Shown: positions 37,656 through 47,840, numbered from the stretch's first letter. The stretch: 64,000 nt of DNA from Acidobacteriota bacterium (GCA_026986725.1 JALSOA010000124.1:6296-70295), one strand, 5' to 3'. Notes: generated from the letters alone by a model not told the origin. Program-made: numbers and translations.

Positions 37656-37870
37656 TCTTCTAAATATGAAAGGTCTGTTTTCCCTCCACTTATATCTTTC
37701 ACAAGATCACTGACCGAGCCGTACCTTTTCAGACAATCAAAATGTACCAGTACATAATCGTTTTCAATGTAAACCCTAACAAGGTTGTCTTTACCACCAA
37801 AGAATAAAGCCACCTCATGTGGCGGTATCTTCTCCCTGCAAACCGGACAAACAAACTCTCTTCCCAACAT
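37652..37870 (-). CDS. Small Cys/His (zinc-ribbon-like) protein
   Basis: 72 aa. CPVC ... HFDC. 4-nt overlap with the kinase gene downstream. Confidence 0.5.
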   Translation of the reverse strand: MLGREFVCPVCREKIPPHEVALFFGGKDNLVRVYIENDYVLVHFDCLKRYGSVSDLVKDISGGKTDLSYLEE

Positions 37871-37883
37871 TCAACCCCCTTAT

Positions 37884-39230
37884 CTAACCAAGGCTTTCAC
37901 CTGTCAAAATCAAATACAGCAGAAGAATAGCAATAGCAAGGGGACAAATAAAATAAATAGCAATCTTCAGCCATCCGTTGAAATGAGGTTTCCCAACATG
38001 CTGACAACCTTCAGAAAGATGCTCTAAAAAGCATTCAAGCCCCCATTTGTATGCCACAAAAAGGCACATCATAAACCCACCAAATGTTAAAAAAATATTT
38101 CCAAAAATAAAATCCATTTTGTCAAGAAAACCAATTCTGGTTAACCACCTGTTAGCCCCAAGTGAAAGGGCAGAAGGAATGCCAAGAATAGCAATCAAAA
38201 ATCCAGCCCCAATAGCAGCCTTCTTTCTCTCCATACCCTTTTCATCAATAAGATAGGCAGTAACAACCTCAAGGAGGGAAACGGTGGAAGTCAGTGCCGC
38301 AATTGCCATGAGGGTGAAAAAGATAACGGCAATAACCCCACCGAAAGGGATCTTTCTGAACACATCAACAAGAACAACAAAAACCAGAGAGGGACCGGAC
38401 TTTGTCGGTGCCCCTCCCAAAGCAGGGAAAATTATGAACCCTGCAAGAATTGCAATTAAAGTATCGAAAAATGTAACATAGAAGGCTGAAGAAAAAAGGT
38501 CATCGTCGTCAGGAAGATAACTTCCATAGGTTATCATTGCCCCCATACCAAGGGAAAGCGAAAAGAATGCCTGACCCATTGCCATCAAAATGGTATGGGA
38601 ATTTATTTTGGAAAAATCTGGGATAATGTAGAATTTGACACCATTTATCGCTCCTGGAAGAGTCAACACATAAACTATTAAAACGACCATTAACAAAAAC
38701 AAAAGAGGTAAAAGCACTCTGGCAGCCTTTTCAATACCGTCTTTAACCCCTCCAATGACAACATATACAGTCATTGCAGAAAACACAAAAAGGTAAAATA
38801 TCTGTAATTTACCGTTTGCCGCAAAGCGACTGAACAATACCGCCGGGTCAAGGTTTGACACTGTTAATCCACCGCTGATACCTTTTACAATGTACGCAAC
38901 AGTCCATCCTGCGACGACTGAATAGTACGATAGAATGCCAAAGCCAGCCATAACTCCCATTGCCCCAATAATCCACCATTTGCTGCCTGGAGCTATGGTT
39001 TTAAAGGCACCCACAGGGTCTTTTTTAGACTTTCTTCCTATAACAAGTTCCACAATCATTATAGGAAATGCCACAACAAATACACAGAGAAGGTAAACCA
39101 GAACAAATGCACCTCCTCCATTGGCACCTGTAATATACGGAAATCTCCATATATTCCCGAGTCCGATGGCAGACCCGGAAGCCGCAAGAATAAATCCTAA
39201 TTTTGAACTCCATTCACCTCTATTATCCAT
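37884..39230 (-). CDS. Sodium-dependent transporter, SNF (neurotransmitter:sodium symporter) family
   Basis: 448 aa polytopic protein. Hallmark motif GLGNIWRFPY near the N-terminus. Confidence 0.9.
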   Translation of the reverse strand: MDNRGEWSSKLGFILAASGSAIGLGNIWRFPYITGANGGGAFVLVYLLCVFVVAFPIMIVELVIGRKSKKDPVGAFKTIAPGSKWWIIGAMGVMAGFGILSYYSVVAGWTVAYIVKGISGGLTVSNLDPAVLFSRFAANGKLQIFYLFVFSAMTVYVVIGGVKDGIEKAARVLLPLLFLLMVVLIVYVLTLPGAINGVKFYIIPDFSKINSHTILMAMGQAFFSLSLGMGAMITYGSYLPDDDDLFSSAFYVTFFDTLIAILAGFIIFPALGGAPTKSGPSLVFVVLVDVFRKIPFGGVIAVIFFTLMAIAALTSTVSLLEVVTAYLIDEKGMERKKAAIGAGFLIAILGIPSALSLGANRWLTRIGFLDKMDFIFGNIFLTFGGFMMCLFVAYKWGLECFLEHLSEGCQHVGKPHFNGWLKIAIYFICPLAIAILLLYLILTGESLG

Positions 39231-39324
39231 ACCCCTTCCCCTAATGTTTATCTTATTTAATTTTATACAAACTATTGCTATAAAACAATATCATATTAGC
39301 ATTAACATAGTATAAACTAACTTC

Positions 39325-39352
39325 TTGATTTTCAAAAAAAAAATAGTAAAAT
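39325..39352 (+). promoter_or_regulatory. Candidate promoter for the J-domain gene
   Basis: TTGATT-N16-TAAAAT, about 25 nt upstream of the ATG. By eye only. Confidence 0.3.
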
Positions 39353-39376
39353 ATTTTTAAAAAGGTAGGAGTTAAG

Positions 39377-40930
39377 ATGAGTGTAAAAAAATTTGCCGAT
39401 TTATTAAAGAATATTCACAAAAACAAAATGAGTGGGACATTGAGCCTCGTGTTTTTGAAAGGTCAAAGAAATATATATGTAAAAAACGGAGAAATATCAT
39501 ATTTAAAATCCGATTACCCAGATGAAAAGTTAGGAACAATCCTTATAAATCAGGGATTAATAGATGAAAAGGAACTTGAAGATGCCATTGTAAAAAGCAA
39601 AGAAAAAGGAGTGGTTCTGGGTGAATACCTTATAAAAGAAAAAAAGATCACAAATGAAGACCTTAAAAAATCCCTGAAACAACTTTTTTTAATGATAATT
39701 GAAGCCTGTTTTCTTGAAGACCTGAAAGACATAAATTTTGTAAAAAAAGATATTAGAATTGATAAAAAACTTTTTATGGACATAAAAATGGGGAATCTCG
39801 TACTTGAAACATTCAGAAAGATAGATCACAGAGACTTTGAAGAGTTTTACAAGGAACACAAAAAAAGCAAACCAAAATTAAACCCTGACGCCATTTTTGA
39901 TTACAAAAATCTCAATCTAAATCCTCTTGAAGGGTTTATTCTTTCAAGGGTTGATGGGAAGTTAAGCCTTGAGGAAATCAAAAAAATTGCTTTTACAGAG
40001 GACAAAAAATTTTACAAAACTATATTTGCACTTGATTTTCTGGGACTGATTGATTTTCAGGACAATAAAGAAGAAAAAAAACAGGAGGATAAGAAAAATG
40101 AAAAAAACCATATTCAACAAACCGAACAAAAAGTAAAAGAAGAATGTTATCAAAAAGAACCACAAGAAGAAGCAGAAAATTTTAACATAGAGAACTTTTT
40201 AATAGAGGTTGAAAAACTTTACCTTGATCTGCCCACCATAAATTACTATAAACTGTTGAATATGGAAGTGGATTTTGACGACTTAGAGGAATTAAGAAAT
40301 AATTATCACAGGTTAATAAAAAAATTTCATCCGGATTCCCATCCTGAACTTAAAGAGGTACACCATAAACTTCAGGCAATAATTTCAACCATTACAAAGG
40401 CATACCAGACCCTGAAAAACAAATATTCAAGGAATGAGTACAACAAAAAAATGCACATAACTGTTGAAAAAAACCATTCTCCTTTAAACGAAGAAAAGAG
40501 TAAACCCACTGAGGTTTATAAATCAAAGGAAGAAAAAAAGGAAGAATTAAAAAAGAAAATTGAATCTTTTGTAAAAGCGGGAATGCTGTACGATGCAATT
40601 ACCTTGCTTGAAAATGGTTGTCAGGAGTACAAAGATGACCTCTATTTCTTTAAAACCCTGGGAAATATTTATTTTAGAACTCCAACAAAGTTAAAACAGG
40701 CAATTAAATACCTTGAAAAAGCACACACCATGGACAGGAAAGACCCTGATGTAATAAAAAATCTGGCAGGTGCTTATAAAAAGGTCGGATTTTACAGAGA
40801 GGCTTATTCATATTACAAAAAACTCATTCACATTGACCCAGACAACAAAGAAGCCCTCGAATTTATTGAAGAAGTTGAAGGCAAAGATAATTTTTTAAGC
40901 AAAATAAAAAACCTTTTCGGGAAAAAGTAA
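39377..40930 (+). CDS. DUF4388(PATAN)-like N-terminus / J-domain / TPR protein
   Basis: 517 aa. N-terminus KMSGTLSLVF...NIYVKNGEI. J-domain YYKLLNMEVDFDDLEELRNNYHRLIKKFHPD (HPD motif). C-terminal TPR repeats (AIKYLEKAHTMDRKDPDVIKNLAGAYKKVGFYREA). Confidence 0.7.
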   Translation: MSVKKFADLLKNIHKNKMSGTLSLVFLKGQRNIYVKNGEISYLKSDYPDEKLGTILINQGLIDEKELEDAIVKSKEKGVVLGEYLIKEKKITNEDLKKSLKQLFLMIIEACFLEDLKDINFVKKDIRIDKKLFMDIKMGNLVLETFRKIDHRDFEEFYKEHKKSKPKLNPDAIFDYKNLNLNPLEGFILSRVDGKLSLEEIKKIAFTEDKKFYKTIFALDFLGLIDFQDNKEEKKQEDKKNEKNHIQQTEQKVKEECYQKEPQEEAENFNIENFLIEVEKLYLDLPTINYYKLLNMEVDFDDLEELRNNYHRLIKKFHPDSHPELKEVHHKLQAIISTITKAYQTLKNKYSRNEYNKKMHITVEKNHSPLNEEKSKPTEVYKSKEEKKEELKKKIESFVKAGMLYDAITLLENGCQEYKDDLYFFKTLGNIYFRTPTKLKQAIKYLEKAHTMDRKDPDVIKNLAGAYKKVGFYREAYSYYKKLIHIDPDNKEALEFIEEVEGKDNFLSKIKNLFGKK

Positions 40931-40932
40931 CA

Positions 40933-42765
40933 TTATTCAACTGTTACACTCTTGGCAAGGTTCCTCGGTTTATCTATATCACATCCTTTGAAATCTGCAA
41001 AGTAATATGCAAAAAGTTGCAAAGGGATTACATTTAGTATTGGCTGGAGTATATCAATGGTTTCAGGAACAAAGATAATATCGTCAACTATCTTTTCAAT
41101 CTCAGTGTTACCTTCAGTTGCAATGGCAATAACCTTCCCATTTCTGGCCTTTATTTCCTGAATATTGCTTACTATTTTTTCATAAGTAAATCCATTGGTT
41201 GCAATAGCAACAGTTGGGAAATTTTCATCAATTAAAGAAATCGGTCCATGTTTCATCTCTCCTGCTGGATACCCCTCGGCATGAACATAAGAGATCTCCT
41301 TTAATTTTAAAGCCCCTTCCATTGCAACTGGATAATTAAGATGTCTCCCAATATAAAGAAAGTCTTTAAATGAAAGGTACTTCCTGGCAATATCTCTTAT
41401 AACATTTCCATTTTCAAGTATGGTCTTTATATGCTCTGGCAATTTCTTTATCTCTCTTATCAAATTCATCCCATCAAATATGGAAAGCCCTTTCCTTCTG
41501 CCTATAAGTAAAGCAATGAGGTTTAAAATAACGCATTGGGAAACAAAGATCTTTGTTGATGCAACACCAATTTCAGGGCCTGCATGGCAGTAAACTCCTG
41601 CATCCGTTTCCTTTGCGATGGTTGACCCGACCACATTAACAAGGCCAAGCACAAGTGCTCCTTTTCTCTTTGCCTCTCTTAAAGCCGCAAGAGTATCTGC
41701 TGTTTCTCCAGATTGAGAGATAGCCATAACTCCGTCGTATTCGGAGAGTTTTAAATTTCTATACCTGAATTCAGAGGCATAATCAACATAGACATCAAGA
41801 TCGGTCAATCTTTCAAAAATGTATTTACCATAGAGCCCCGCATAAAAGGATGTACCACAGGAAACAAAAGTTAACTTCTTTAAATTCATTATCTTCTCTA
41901 TAACCGGCTCAAGACCACCTAACTTTGAAATACCCTCTCCCTCAATCAATCGTCCCCTAATTGCATTTTCAACAGTTTTAGGTTGTTCATAAATTTCTTT
42001 AAGCATAAAGTGTTTGAAACCTTTTTTATCATCACCTTCAACCGACCAGTCAATGGTCTCAGGCTCTTTTGATATCCTATTCAGGTTTAAATCTGTAATC
42101 ACTATATTATCATCGTTTAACAATGCCATTTCGTCATCGTTGAGATAGATAACTCTGTTGGTATATCTTATAAAGGCATTGACATCCGAGGCAGCAAGGT
42201 ACTCTCCTTCACCCACTCCAATGATTAGCGGGCTACCCCTCCTTGCAACAATGATCTTTCTTGGAAAATCTCTGTGAATCACTGCAATACCAAATGTACC
42301 TTCAACCATGCCAAGAGACTTTCTTACAGCATCTTCAAAATTTCCATCAAGATTATCTTCTATAAGGTGAGCAAGCACCTCCGTATCGGTATCAGAAACA
42401 AACCTGTGACCCTTCTTCTCAAGTTCTCTCTTTAATACCTCATAATTTTCAATTATACCGTTGTGTATTAAAAAGAGTTTCTTCGAGCAATCTGTGTGGG
42501 GGTGTGCATTCGATTCTGTTGGCTTTCCATGGGTTGCCCATCTGGTATGTGCAATTCCGTAATCTCCTTTAAACTTATGTGATTTCACCTTTTTTTCTAA
42601 CTCACTAACCTTTCCCACTGATTTAACAAAAAGAACATTATTGCTTTCACTATCCAGAGAGGCTATTCCTGCTGAATCATAACCCCTATACTCAAGCCTT
42701 TTCAATCCTTCGATCAAAATGGGAACCGAATTCTGTTTTCCAATATAGCAGATAATCCCACACAT
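40933..42765 (-). CDS. glmS: Glutamine--fructose-6-phosphate aminotransferase
   Basis: 610 aa. N-terminal nucleophile MCGI, two SIS domains, C-terminus LAKSVTVE. Confidence 0.95.
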   Translation of the reverse strand: MCGIICYIGKQNSVPILIEGLKRLEYRGYDSAGIASLDSESNNVLFVKSVGKVSELEKKVKSHKFKGDYGIAHTRWATHGKPTESNAHPHTDCSKKLFLIHNGIIENYEVLKRELEKKGHRFVSDTDTEVLAHLIEDNLDGNFEDAVRKSLGMVEGTFGIAVIHRDFPRKIIVARRGSPLIIGVGEGEYLAASDVNAFIRYTNRVIYLNDDEMALLNDDNIVITDLNLNRISKEPETIDWSVEGDDKKGFKHFMLKEIYEQPKTVENAIRGRLIEGEGISKLGGLEPVIEKIMNLKKLTFVSCGTSFYAGLYGKYIFERLTDLDVYVDYASEFRYRNLKLSEYDGVMAISQSGETADTLAALREAKRKGALVLGLVNVVGSTIAKETDAGVYCHAGPEIGVASTKIFVSQCVILNLIALLIGRRKGLSIFDGMNLIREIKKLPEHIKTILENGNVIRDIARKYLSFKDFLYIGRHLNYPVAMEGALKLKEISYVHAEGYPAGEMKHGPISLIDENFPTVAIATNGFTYEKIVSNIQEIKARNGKVIAIATEGNTEIEKIVDDIIFVPETIDILQPILNVIPLQLFAYYFADFKGCDIDKPRNLAKSVTVE

Positions 42766-42905
42766 ACCTGCCCCCTTTTTCGTTTAAACCATTTTAACAC
42801 AGATAAATAACATTTAAATTGTAAAACCTGAAAAGAAAAAATTGAAATATAAAACATTTTGTATAGTAAAATACACTTGTAATCTTTTTTAAAGGAGTTT
42901 TAAAA

Positions 42906-45164
42906 ATGGATTGGAGAGAAGAGGCATTACAGTATCATTCGAGAGAGCGTACCGGGAAACTGGAAGTTGTGCCTTGTAAACCATGTGAGACCTCAAAGGA
43001 TCTGTCTTTAGCCTACACTCCAGGTGTGGCAGAACCGTGCAGAGAGATCCATAAAGATCCTTCAAAGGTTTACGATTACACAAACAAAGGAAACCTTGTT
43101 GCTGTTGTTTCAAACGGAACTGCGGTATTGGGACTTGGAAACATTGGAGCGCTGGCAGGAAAACCTGTCATGGAAGGTAAAGGGGTTTTGTTTAAAAGAT
43201 TTGCAGATGTTGATGTTTACGATATTGAGGTTGATTCAGAAAACCCGGAAGATGTAATAAAGGTTTGCAAACTTCTTGCACCAACATTTGGTGGTATAAA
43301 CCTTGAAGACATAAAAGCCCCTGATTGCTTTTACATTGAAGAAACATTGAAAAGAGAGTTAAATATCCCTGTATTTCATGATGACCAGCACGGCACGGCA
43401 ATAATATCATCTGCAGCATTCCTGAATGCCCTTGAACTGACAAACAGAAAAATAGATGAAGTTAAATGCGTTTTCTGCGGAGCCGGTGCAGCAGGGATTG
43501 CCTGTGCAGAACTATTTGTAACCCTTGGAGTTAAAAGGGAAAACATCATAATGGTCGATTCAAAAGGTGTTATCTACAAGGGAAGAACCGAAAGAATGAA
43601 CAAGTACAAAGAGAGGTTTGCTGTTGACACGCCGTTAAGAACATTGGATGAAGCAATTGAGGGGGCAGACGCATTTATTGGCGTTTCAGTAAAAGGAATG
43701 CTAACAAAAGAAATGGTTAAAAAGATGGCACCAAACCCAATAATTTTTGCAATGGCAAACCCCGACCCTGAGATCACTCCGGAAGAGGTGGCAGAAGTTA
43801 GAGACGATGCAATAATGGCAACAGGAAGAAGTGACTATCCAAATCAGGTTAACAATGTTCTTGGATTCCCCTTTATTTTCAGAGGAGCACTGGATGTGAG
43901 AGCAAAGCAAATAAATGAAGAAATGAAGATAGCAGCGGTAAAAGCACTTGCCTCACTTGCAAAGGAAGAGGTACCAGACTATGTTTCAAAGGCATACGGC
44001 GGGAAAAAATTTACCTTTGGAAGAGAATACATTATTCCAAAACCGTTTGACCCAAGGGTTCTTTTCTGGGTTGCACCTGCAGTTGCTAAAGCAGCAATGG
44101 AAAGCGGTGTTGCAAGAAAACCTATCTCTGATTTTGAAGAGTACAAAAAAAGGCTTGAAAAGTTACTTGACAAATCAAAAGAGTTTTTAAGAGTAATATT
44201 TGACAAAGCAAAAACATCTCCGAAGAAGATAGTTTTCCCTGAAGGGGACAACGATCTTATACTCACTGCATGCAAAGAGTTAAAAAAAGAGGGAATTTTA
44301 CAACCGGTTCTTATAACACACAATCCAGAAGTTTTGAAAGAGAAGTTGAAAGAGCACAATATTGAGGAAAAAGAGATAGAAATAGTATGTCCACTTACAG
44401 ACGACAGCCTGCCAGAATATGTTGCAAGATACTACGATTTAAGAAAAAGAAAAGGAGTCACCCCTTCCGATGCCCAGAAAAGGATGCTTGACCCACATTA
44501 CTTCGGGGCAATGATGGTCAGGATGGGAAGGGCTGATGGCTTACTGGGAGGACTGACTCACAATTATCCCACAATAGTAAAGCCTGCACTTGAGATAATC
44601 GAAAAACAAAAAGGAATAGGGAAAATTGCAGGGCTTTATGTTGTAATAATAAAGGGTAAACTTCTCTTTTTTGCGGATACCACAATGAACATTGAACCAA
44701 CCGCAGAAGAGCTTGCTGAAATTGCAATTCTGACCGCTGAATATGCAAAGAATTTCAATGTTGAACCAAGAGTTGCAATGCTCTCATTCTCAAACTTCGG
44801 AAGTGTCAAACACCCATTAACCGAAAAGGTGAGAAGAGCCGTCGAAATAGTCAAGTTCAGGGCTCCCCATATACTTATTGATGGAGAGATGCAGGCTGAT
44901 ACCGCAGTGGTTCCAGAAATAATCGAAACCAATTATCCATTCAGTGAATTACAGGGCGGTGCAAATGTTTTGATATTTCCGGACTTGCAATCTGGCAACA
45001 TTGCATATAAACTATTACAGAGGCTTGGCAATGCAACGGTTGTCGGTCCTGTACTGGTTGGACTTTCAAAATCGGTTAATATTTTGCAGAAACATGCCGA
45101 ATTGAAAGAGATTTTGAACATGGCAGCATTGACCGTTGTAGAAGCACAGGAACTTGAAAAATAA
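42906..45164 (+). CDS. maeB: NADP-dependent malic enzyme with C-terminal PTA-like domain (MaeB type)
   Basis: 752 aa. Motifs [29 protein letters not shown], plus a PTA_PTB C-terminal half. Confidence 0.9.
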   Translation: MDWREEALQYHSRERTGKLEVVPCKPCETSKDLSLAYTPGVAEPCREIHKDPSKVYDYTNKGNLVAVVSNGTAVLGLGNIGALAGKPVMEGKGVLFKRFADVDVYDIEVDSENPEDVIKVCKLLAPTFGGINLEDIKAPDCFYIEETLKRELNIPVFHDDQHGTAIISSAAFLNALELTNRKIDEVKCVFCGAGAAGIACAELFVTLGVKRENIIMVDSKGVIYKGRTERMNKYKERFAVDTPLRTLDEAIEGADAFIGVSVKGMLTKEMVKKMAPNPIIFAMANPDPEITPEEVAEVRDDAIMATGRSDYPNQVNNVLGFPFIFRGALDVRAKQINEEMKIAAVKALASLAKEEVPDYVSKAYGGKKFTFGREYIIPKPFDPRVLFWVAPAVAKAAMESGVARKPISDFEEYKKRLEKLLDKSKEFLRVIFDKAKTSPKKIVFPEGDNDLILTACKELKKEGILQPVLITHNPEVLKEKLKEHNIEEKEIEIVCPLTDDSLPEYVARYYDLRKRKGVTPSDAQKRMLDPHYFGAMMVRMGRADGLLGGLTHNYPTIVKPALEIIEKQKGIGKIAGLYVVIIKGKLLFFADTTMNIEPTAEELAEIAILTAEYAKNFNVEPRVAMLSFSNFGSVKHPLTEKVRRAVEIVKFRAPHILIDGEMQADTAVVPEIIETNYPFSELQGGANVLIFPDLQSGNIAYKLLQRLGNATVVGPVLVGLSKSVNILQKHAELKEILNMAALTVVEAQELEK

Positions 45165-45169
45165 AAAAT

Positions 45170-45190
45170 GGGGGGATTTCCCCCCTGTTT
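45170..45190 (+). terminator. GC hairpin after maeB (weak terminator/attenuator)
   Basis: GGGGGG-ATTT-CCCCCC followed by TGTTTT. The U tract is short and the next RBS follows immediately. Confidence 0.4.
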
Positions 45191-45201
45191 TAGAGAGGAA
45201 T

Positions 45202-45930
45202 ATGGGTAAACTTGATTTCAAAAATTTGGTTGTAACATTTGAAGAAGGTGAATTTATTTACAAAGAAGGTGATAACGCCTATACCATGTTTATTATCCAT
45301 GATGGAAAAGTTAAATTATACAAAAAAACTGATTCAGGTGAAGAATTTGTCCTCGGGGAGTTTGAAAAGGGAGATTTCTTTGGAGAAATGGCTGTCCTGG
45401 GAGCAGACAAAAGAACCGAAAATGCAGTTGCAATTGAACCGTTGAAAGTAATAGTCATAACAAAACCTGTATTTTTCAAGATTTTAAAAAATAATGCTGA
45501 AATTGCAGTTAGAATGATAAGAAAATTCTCGGAAAAGTTAAAAGATGCAAACAGAATGATAGACACCCTCCTTAAACAGAAAAACATTCAGGGAACCAGG
45601 ACGAAAACTGAAAACTACGGTGCACTTGAACTAATTGAAACAAAAGAAAAAATACCCATCACATCAAGAAATATTCTTATAGGAAGGTATGATCCTGTAA
45701 TTGGCATTTACCCTGATATTGATATAAGCCCCTATGACCCACAAAAAACGGTATCAAGGAAGCACGCAATAATTACCCGTGAGGGAAAACAGAGCTTCAT
45801 TGAAGAACAGATTGGGGTTATAAACGGTACATTCTTAAATGGAGAAAAAATTAAAAGCGGCAAAAAATATCCTCTAAAAGATGGAGATAAAATCTTTTTT
45901 GGACTTGTTGGCTGTATATTCAGAGAATAA
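45202..45930 (+). CDS. Cyclic-nucleotide-binding domain + FHA domain protein
   Basis: I start it at ATG 45202 (RBS GAGAGGAA downstream of the hairpin) rather than the track start at 45154. cNMP-binding part: GDFFGEMAVLGADKRTENAVAIEP. C-terminal FHA: ILIGRYDP...TVSRKHAIITREGKQSFIEEQIGVINGTFLNGEKI. Confidence 0.8.
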   Translation: MGKLDFKNLVVTFEEGEFIYKEGDNAYTMFIIHDGKVKLYKKTDSGEEFVLGEFEKGDFFGEMAVLGADKRTENAVAIEPLKVIVITKPVFFKILKNNAEIAVRMIRKFSEKLKDANRMIDTLLKQKNIQGTRTKTENYGALELIETKEKIPITSRNILIGRYDPVIGIYPDIDISPYDPQKTVSRKHAIITREGKQSFIEEQIGVINGTFLNGEKIKSGKKYPLKDGDKIFFGLVGCIFRE

Positions 45931-45942
45931 CAGCTGGATTCC

Positions 45943-45971
45943 TTGAAAAAGTGAGAATCATTTGGTAAAAT
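45943..45971 (+). promoter_or_regulatory. Candidate sigma70-type promoter with extended -10 for the KamA-family gene
   Basis: TTGAAA (45943-45948), a 17-nt spacer ending in TGG, then TAAAAT (45966-45971). Confidence 0.5.
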
Positions 45972-46063
45972 ACTTTCAAGAAAGAGATATGCGTTAGATT
46001 TTTAATTTTCAAATAAAATATTCAAAAGTGAAAAAAATTATTTTCTTTTAAAAAGGAGGTAAT

Positions 46064-47194
46064 ATGAACGTAACCCCCAAAAAGAAAATAAAATACTTTA
46101 ATTCAATTGACAAATTGCAAAACCTTTCAGGGGAAGAAAAAATATCGCTGAAAAAGGTTACAGAAACATTCGCTTTTCGTGCAACAGATTACTATCTCTC
46201 CCTGATTAACTGGCAGGACAAAAATGACCCAATCAAAAAATTGATAATTCCAGATGTGAAAGAACTGCAAAAATGGGGAGAAAAAGACCCCTCTTACGAA
46301 AAGTCGTACACCGTTGCACCTGGATTGCAACACAAGTACACCCAGACGGCACTGTTTTTGATTGGGCCGACATGCTTTGGTTATTGCCGCTTTTGTTTCA
46401 GAAAAAGGCTATTTATGGAAGATACACACGAAATACTAATCGATGTAAAGCCGGCATTAGACTATATAAGCAAACACCACGAAATTCAGAATGTTCTGCT
46501 TACAGGTGGAGATCCTCTTGTGCTCTCAACAAGTAAATTAAAAATGATATTAACAAAACTTGCAGAAATAAAACACCTTATAAACATAAGAATTGGAACA
46601 AAAGCACTGGCATACAACCCATTCAGGGTTTCAACGGACCCGGAACTTCTGGATCTATTCAAAGATATAAACAAAAAAGGAAAAAGAATACATATAGTTG
46701 CTCAGTTTGATCACGAAAGAGAGTTTACCAAACACTCAAGAAAAGCAATAAACCTTTTAATAGAATCTGGCTGTGTAATGTTAACTCAGATGCCACTTTT
46801 AAGGGGGATAAACGATTCCCCTTTAACCCTGTCCAATCTCTGGAACACTGCAGTTAATGCAGGTGTCACTCCATACTATCTATTTCAATGCAGACCCACA
46901 GTTGGAAACAAGCCATTTGCAGTGCCAATAGAAGAGGGATACAGAATATTTGAACAGGCTAAAATGAACTGTTCGGGGCTTGCAAAGAGGATAAAGTTTG
47001 TAATGTCCCATGCAACGGGAAAAATCGAAATGGTTGCACTTACTGAAAAACACATAATACTGAAATATCACCAGGCAGCAGACCCGAAACTAATAGGTAA
47101 AACAATGATATTTAAGAGAAACCCAAACGCATACTGGCTTGAAGACTACACAGAATTGGTTGATGAATATAAAATAGAAAATCCTTTTATTTGA
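46064..47194 (+). CDS. KamA-family radical SAM protein (lysine 2,3-aminomutase / EpmB-like)
   Basis: 376 aa. CxxxCxxC cluster CFGYCRFCFRK and motifs LLTGGDPL, IRIGT. Confidence 0.8.
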   Translation: MNVTPKKKIKYFNSIDKLQNLSGEEKISLKKVTETFAFRATDYYLSLINWQDKNDPIKKLIIPDVKELQKWGEKDPSYEKSYTVAPGLQHKYTQTALFLIGPTCFGYCRFCFRKRLFMEDTHEILIDVKPALDYISKHHEIQNVLLTGGDPLVLSTSKLKMILTKLAEIKHLINIRIGTKALAYNPFRVSTDPELLDLFKDINKKGKRIHIVAQFDHEREFTKHSRKAINLLIESGCVMLTQMPLLRGINDSPLTLSNLWNTAVNAGVTPYYLFQCRPTVGNKPFAVPIEEGYRIFEQAKMNCSGLAKRIKFVMSHATGKIEMVALTEKHIILKYHQAADPKLIGKTMIFKRNPNAYWLEDYTELVDEYKIENPFI

Positions 47195-47237
47195 AAATTG
47201 TGATATAACTCATAACACTTTTTTCTTCTCAACCGTA

Positions 47238-47246
47238 TGTTATAAT
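47238..47246 (+). promoter_or_regulatory. Extended -10 element (TGTTATAAT) upstream of the OMP gene
   Basis: TGT+TATAAT lies 25 nt upstream of ATG 47271. No good -35 element. Confidence 0.35.
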
Positions 47247-47270
47247 TGAGAAAAGCAATTAGGGGGATAT

Positions 47271-47837
47271 ATGAAAAAGATTACCATAATCTTAATTGGA
47301 ATTATTTTAGGTTTTTCAGTTTTCGCTGCCGAAATCGAAAAGGAAGAATCTTACGGATACTTCGGGGTCAGACTTGGATACATGGAAATAGACGGAATTG
47401 AAGACGAAGGAAGTGCGAACCTTGGTTTTACACTTGGATTCAGGGTATCAAACCCAGTTGCAGTTGAATTTTCAGTTGATTATCACTCTGCAGACTTTTC
47501 TGCTGTTGATAGGACAACCTTTGCTTTTCAGGCGAGCTTGCTTCTATATCTTGCTTCAAACACAAATGTTCAGCCATACCTTGTTGGAGGAGGAGGCTAC
47601 TATATTTCCGGTTACGATTACTGGGTAAACGGATACAAATACACAGACTTCACCTCACACAAATTTGGAGCGCACATTGGTGCGGGGATTGATATTATGA
47701 TGGGGGATTACTCTGTAATCACCTTTGATGTGAGGTATCTTGCCGTTGACGAAGATGTGCCTGAAGAAGCACTGGGATACGACAATAAAACCTTTGACGG
47801 AGTGCTTGCAACAGTGGGTGCAAAATTTAAATTTTAA
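47271..47837 (+). CDS. Outer-membrane beta-barrel protein (OmpW/opacity-porin-like)
   Basis: 188 aa. Signal peptide ending FSVFAAE, alternating hydrophobic beta-strand pattern, and C-terminal aromatic residue ...GAKFKF. Confidence 0.75.
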   Translation: MKKITIILIGIILGFSVFAAEIEKEESYGYFGVRLGYMEIDGIEDEGSANLGFTLGFRVSNPVAVEFSVDYHSADFSAVDRTTFAFQASLLLYLASNTNVQPYLVGGGGYYISGYDYWVNGYKYTDFTSHKFGAHIGAGIDIMMGDYSVITFDVRYLAVDEDVPEEALGYDNKTFDGVLATVGAKFKF

Positions 47838-47840
47838 AAA

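Noticed and set aside
39962-40165. 67-aa minus-strand ORF (F/L-rich)
   Set aside because: It is antisense to the K/E-rich spacer of the J-domain protein, the same kind of low-complexity artefact.
42766-42905. Possible glmS ribozyme in the 5' leader of glmS (minus strand)
   Set aside because: The 140-nt leader is almost pure A/T and has none of the conserved GC-rich glmS ribozyme core helices. It is also shared with the divergent maeB promoter region.
45154-45201. Longer start (track) for the cNMP/FHA gene overlapping the maeB stop
   Set aside because: The extension would be translated through the GGGGGG-ATTT-CCCCCC hairpin. ATG 45202 has a proper RBS just after it.
45931-46063. Possible lysine (L-box) riboswitch upstream of the KamA-family gene
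   Set aside because: The region is too short (about 90 nt after the putative -10) and too AT-rich, and it has no multi-helix junction.
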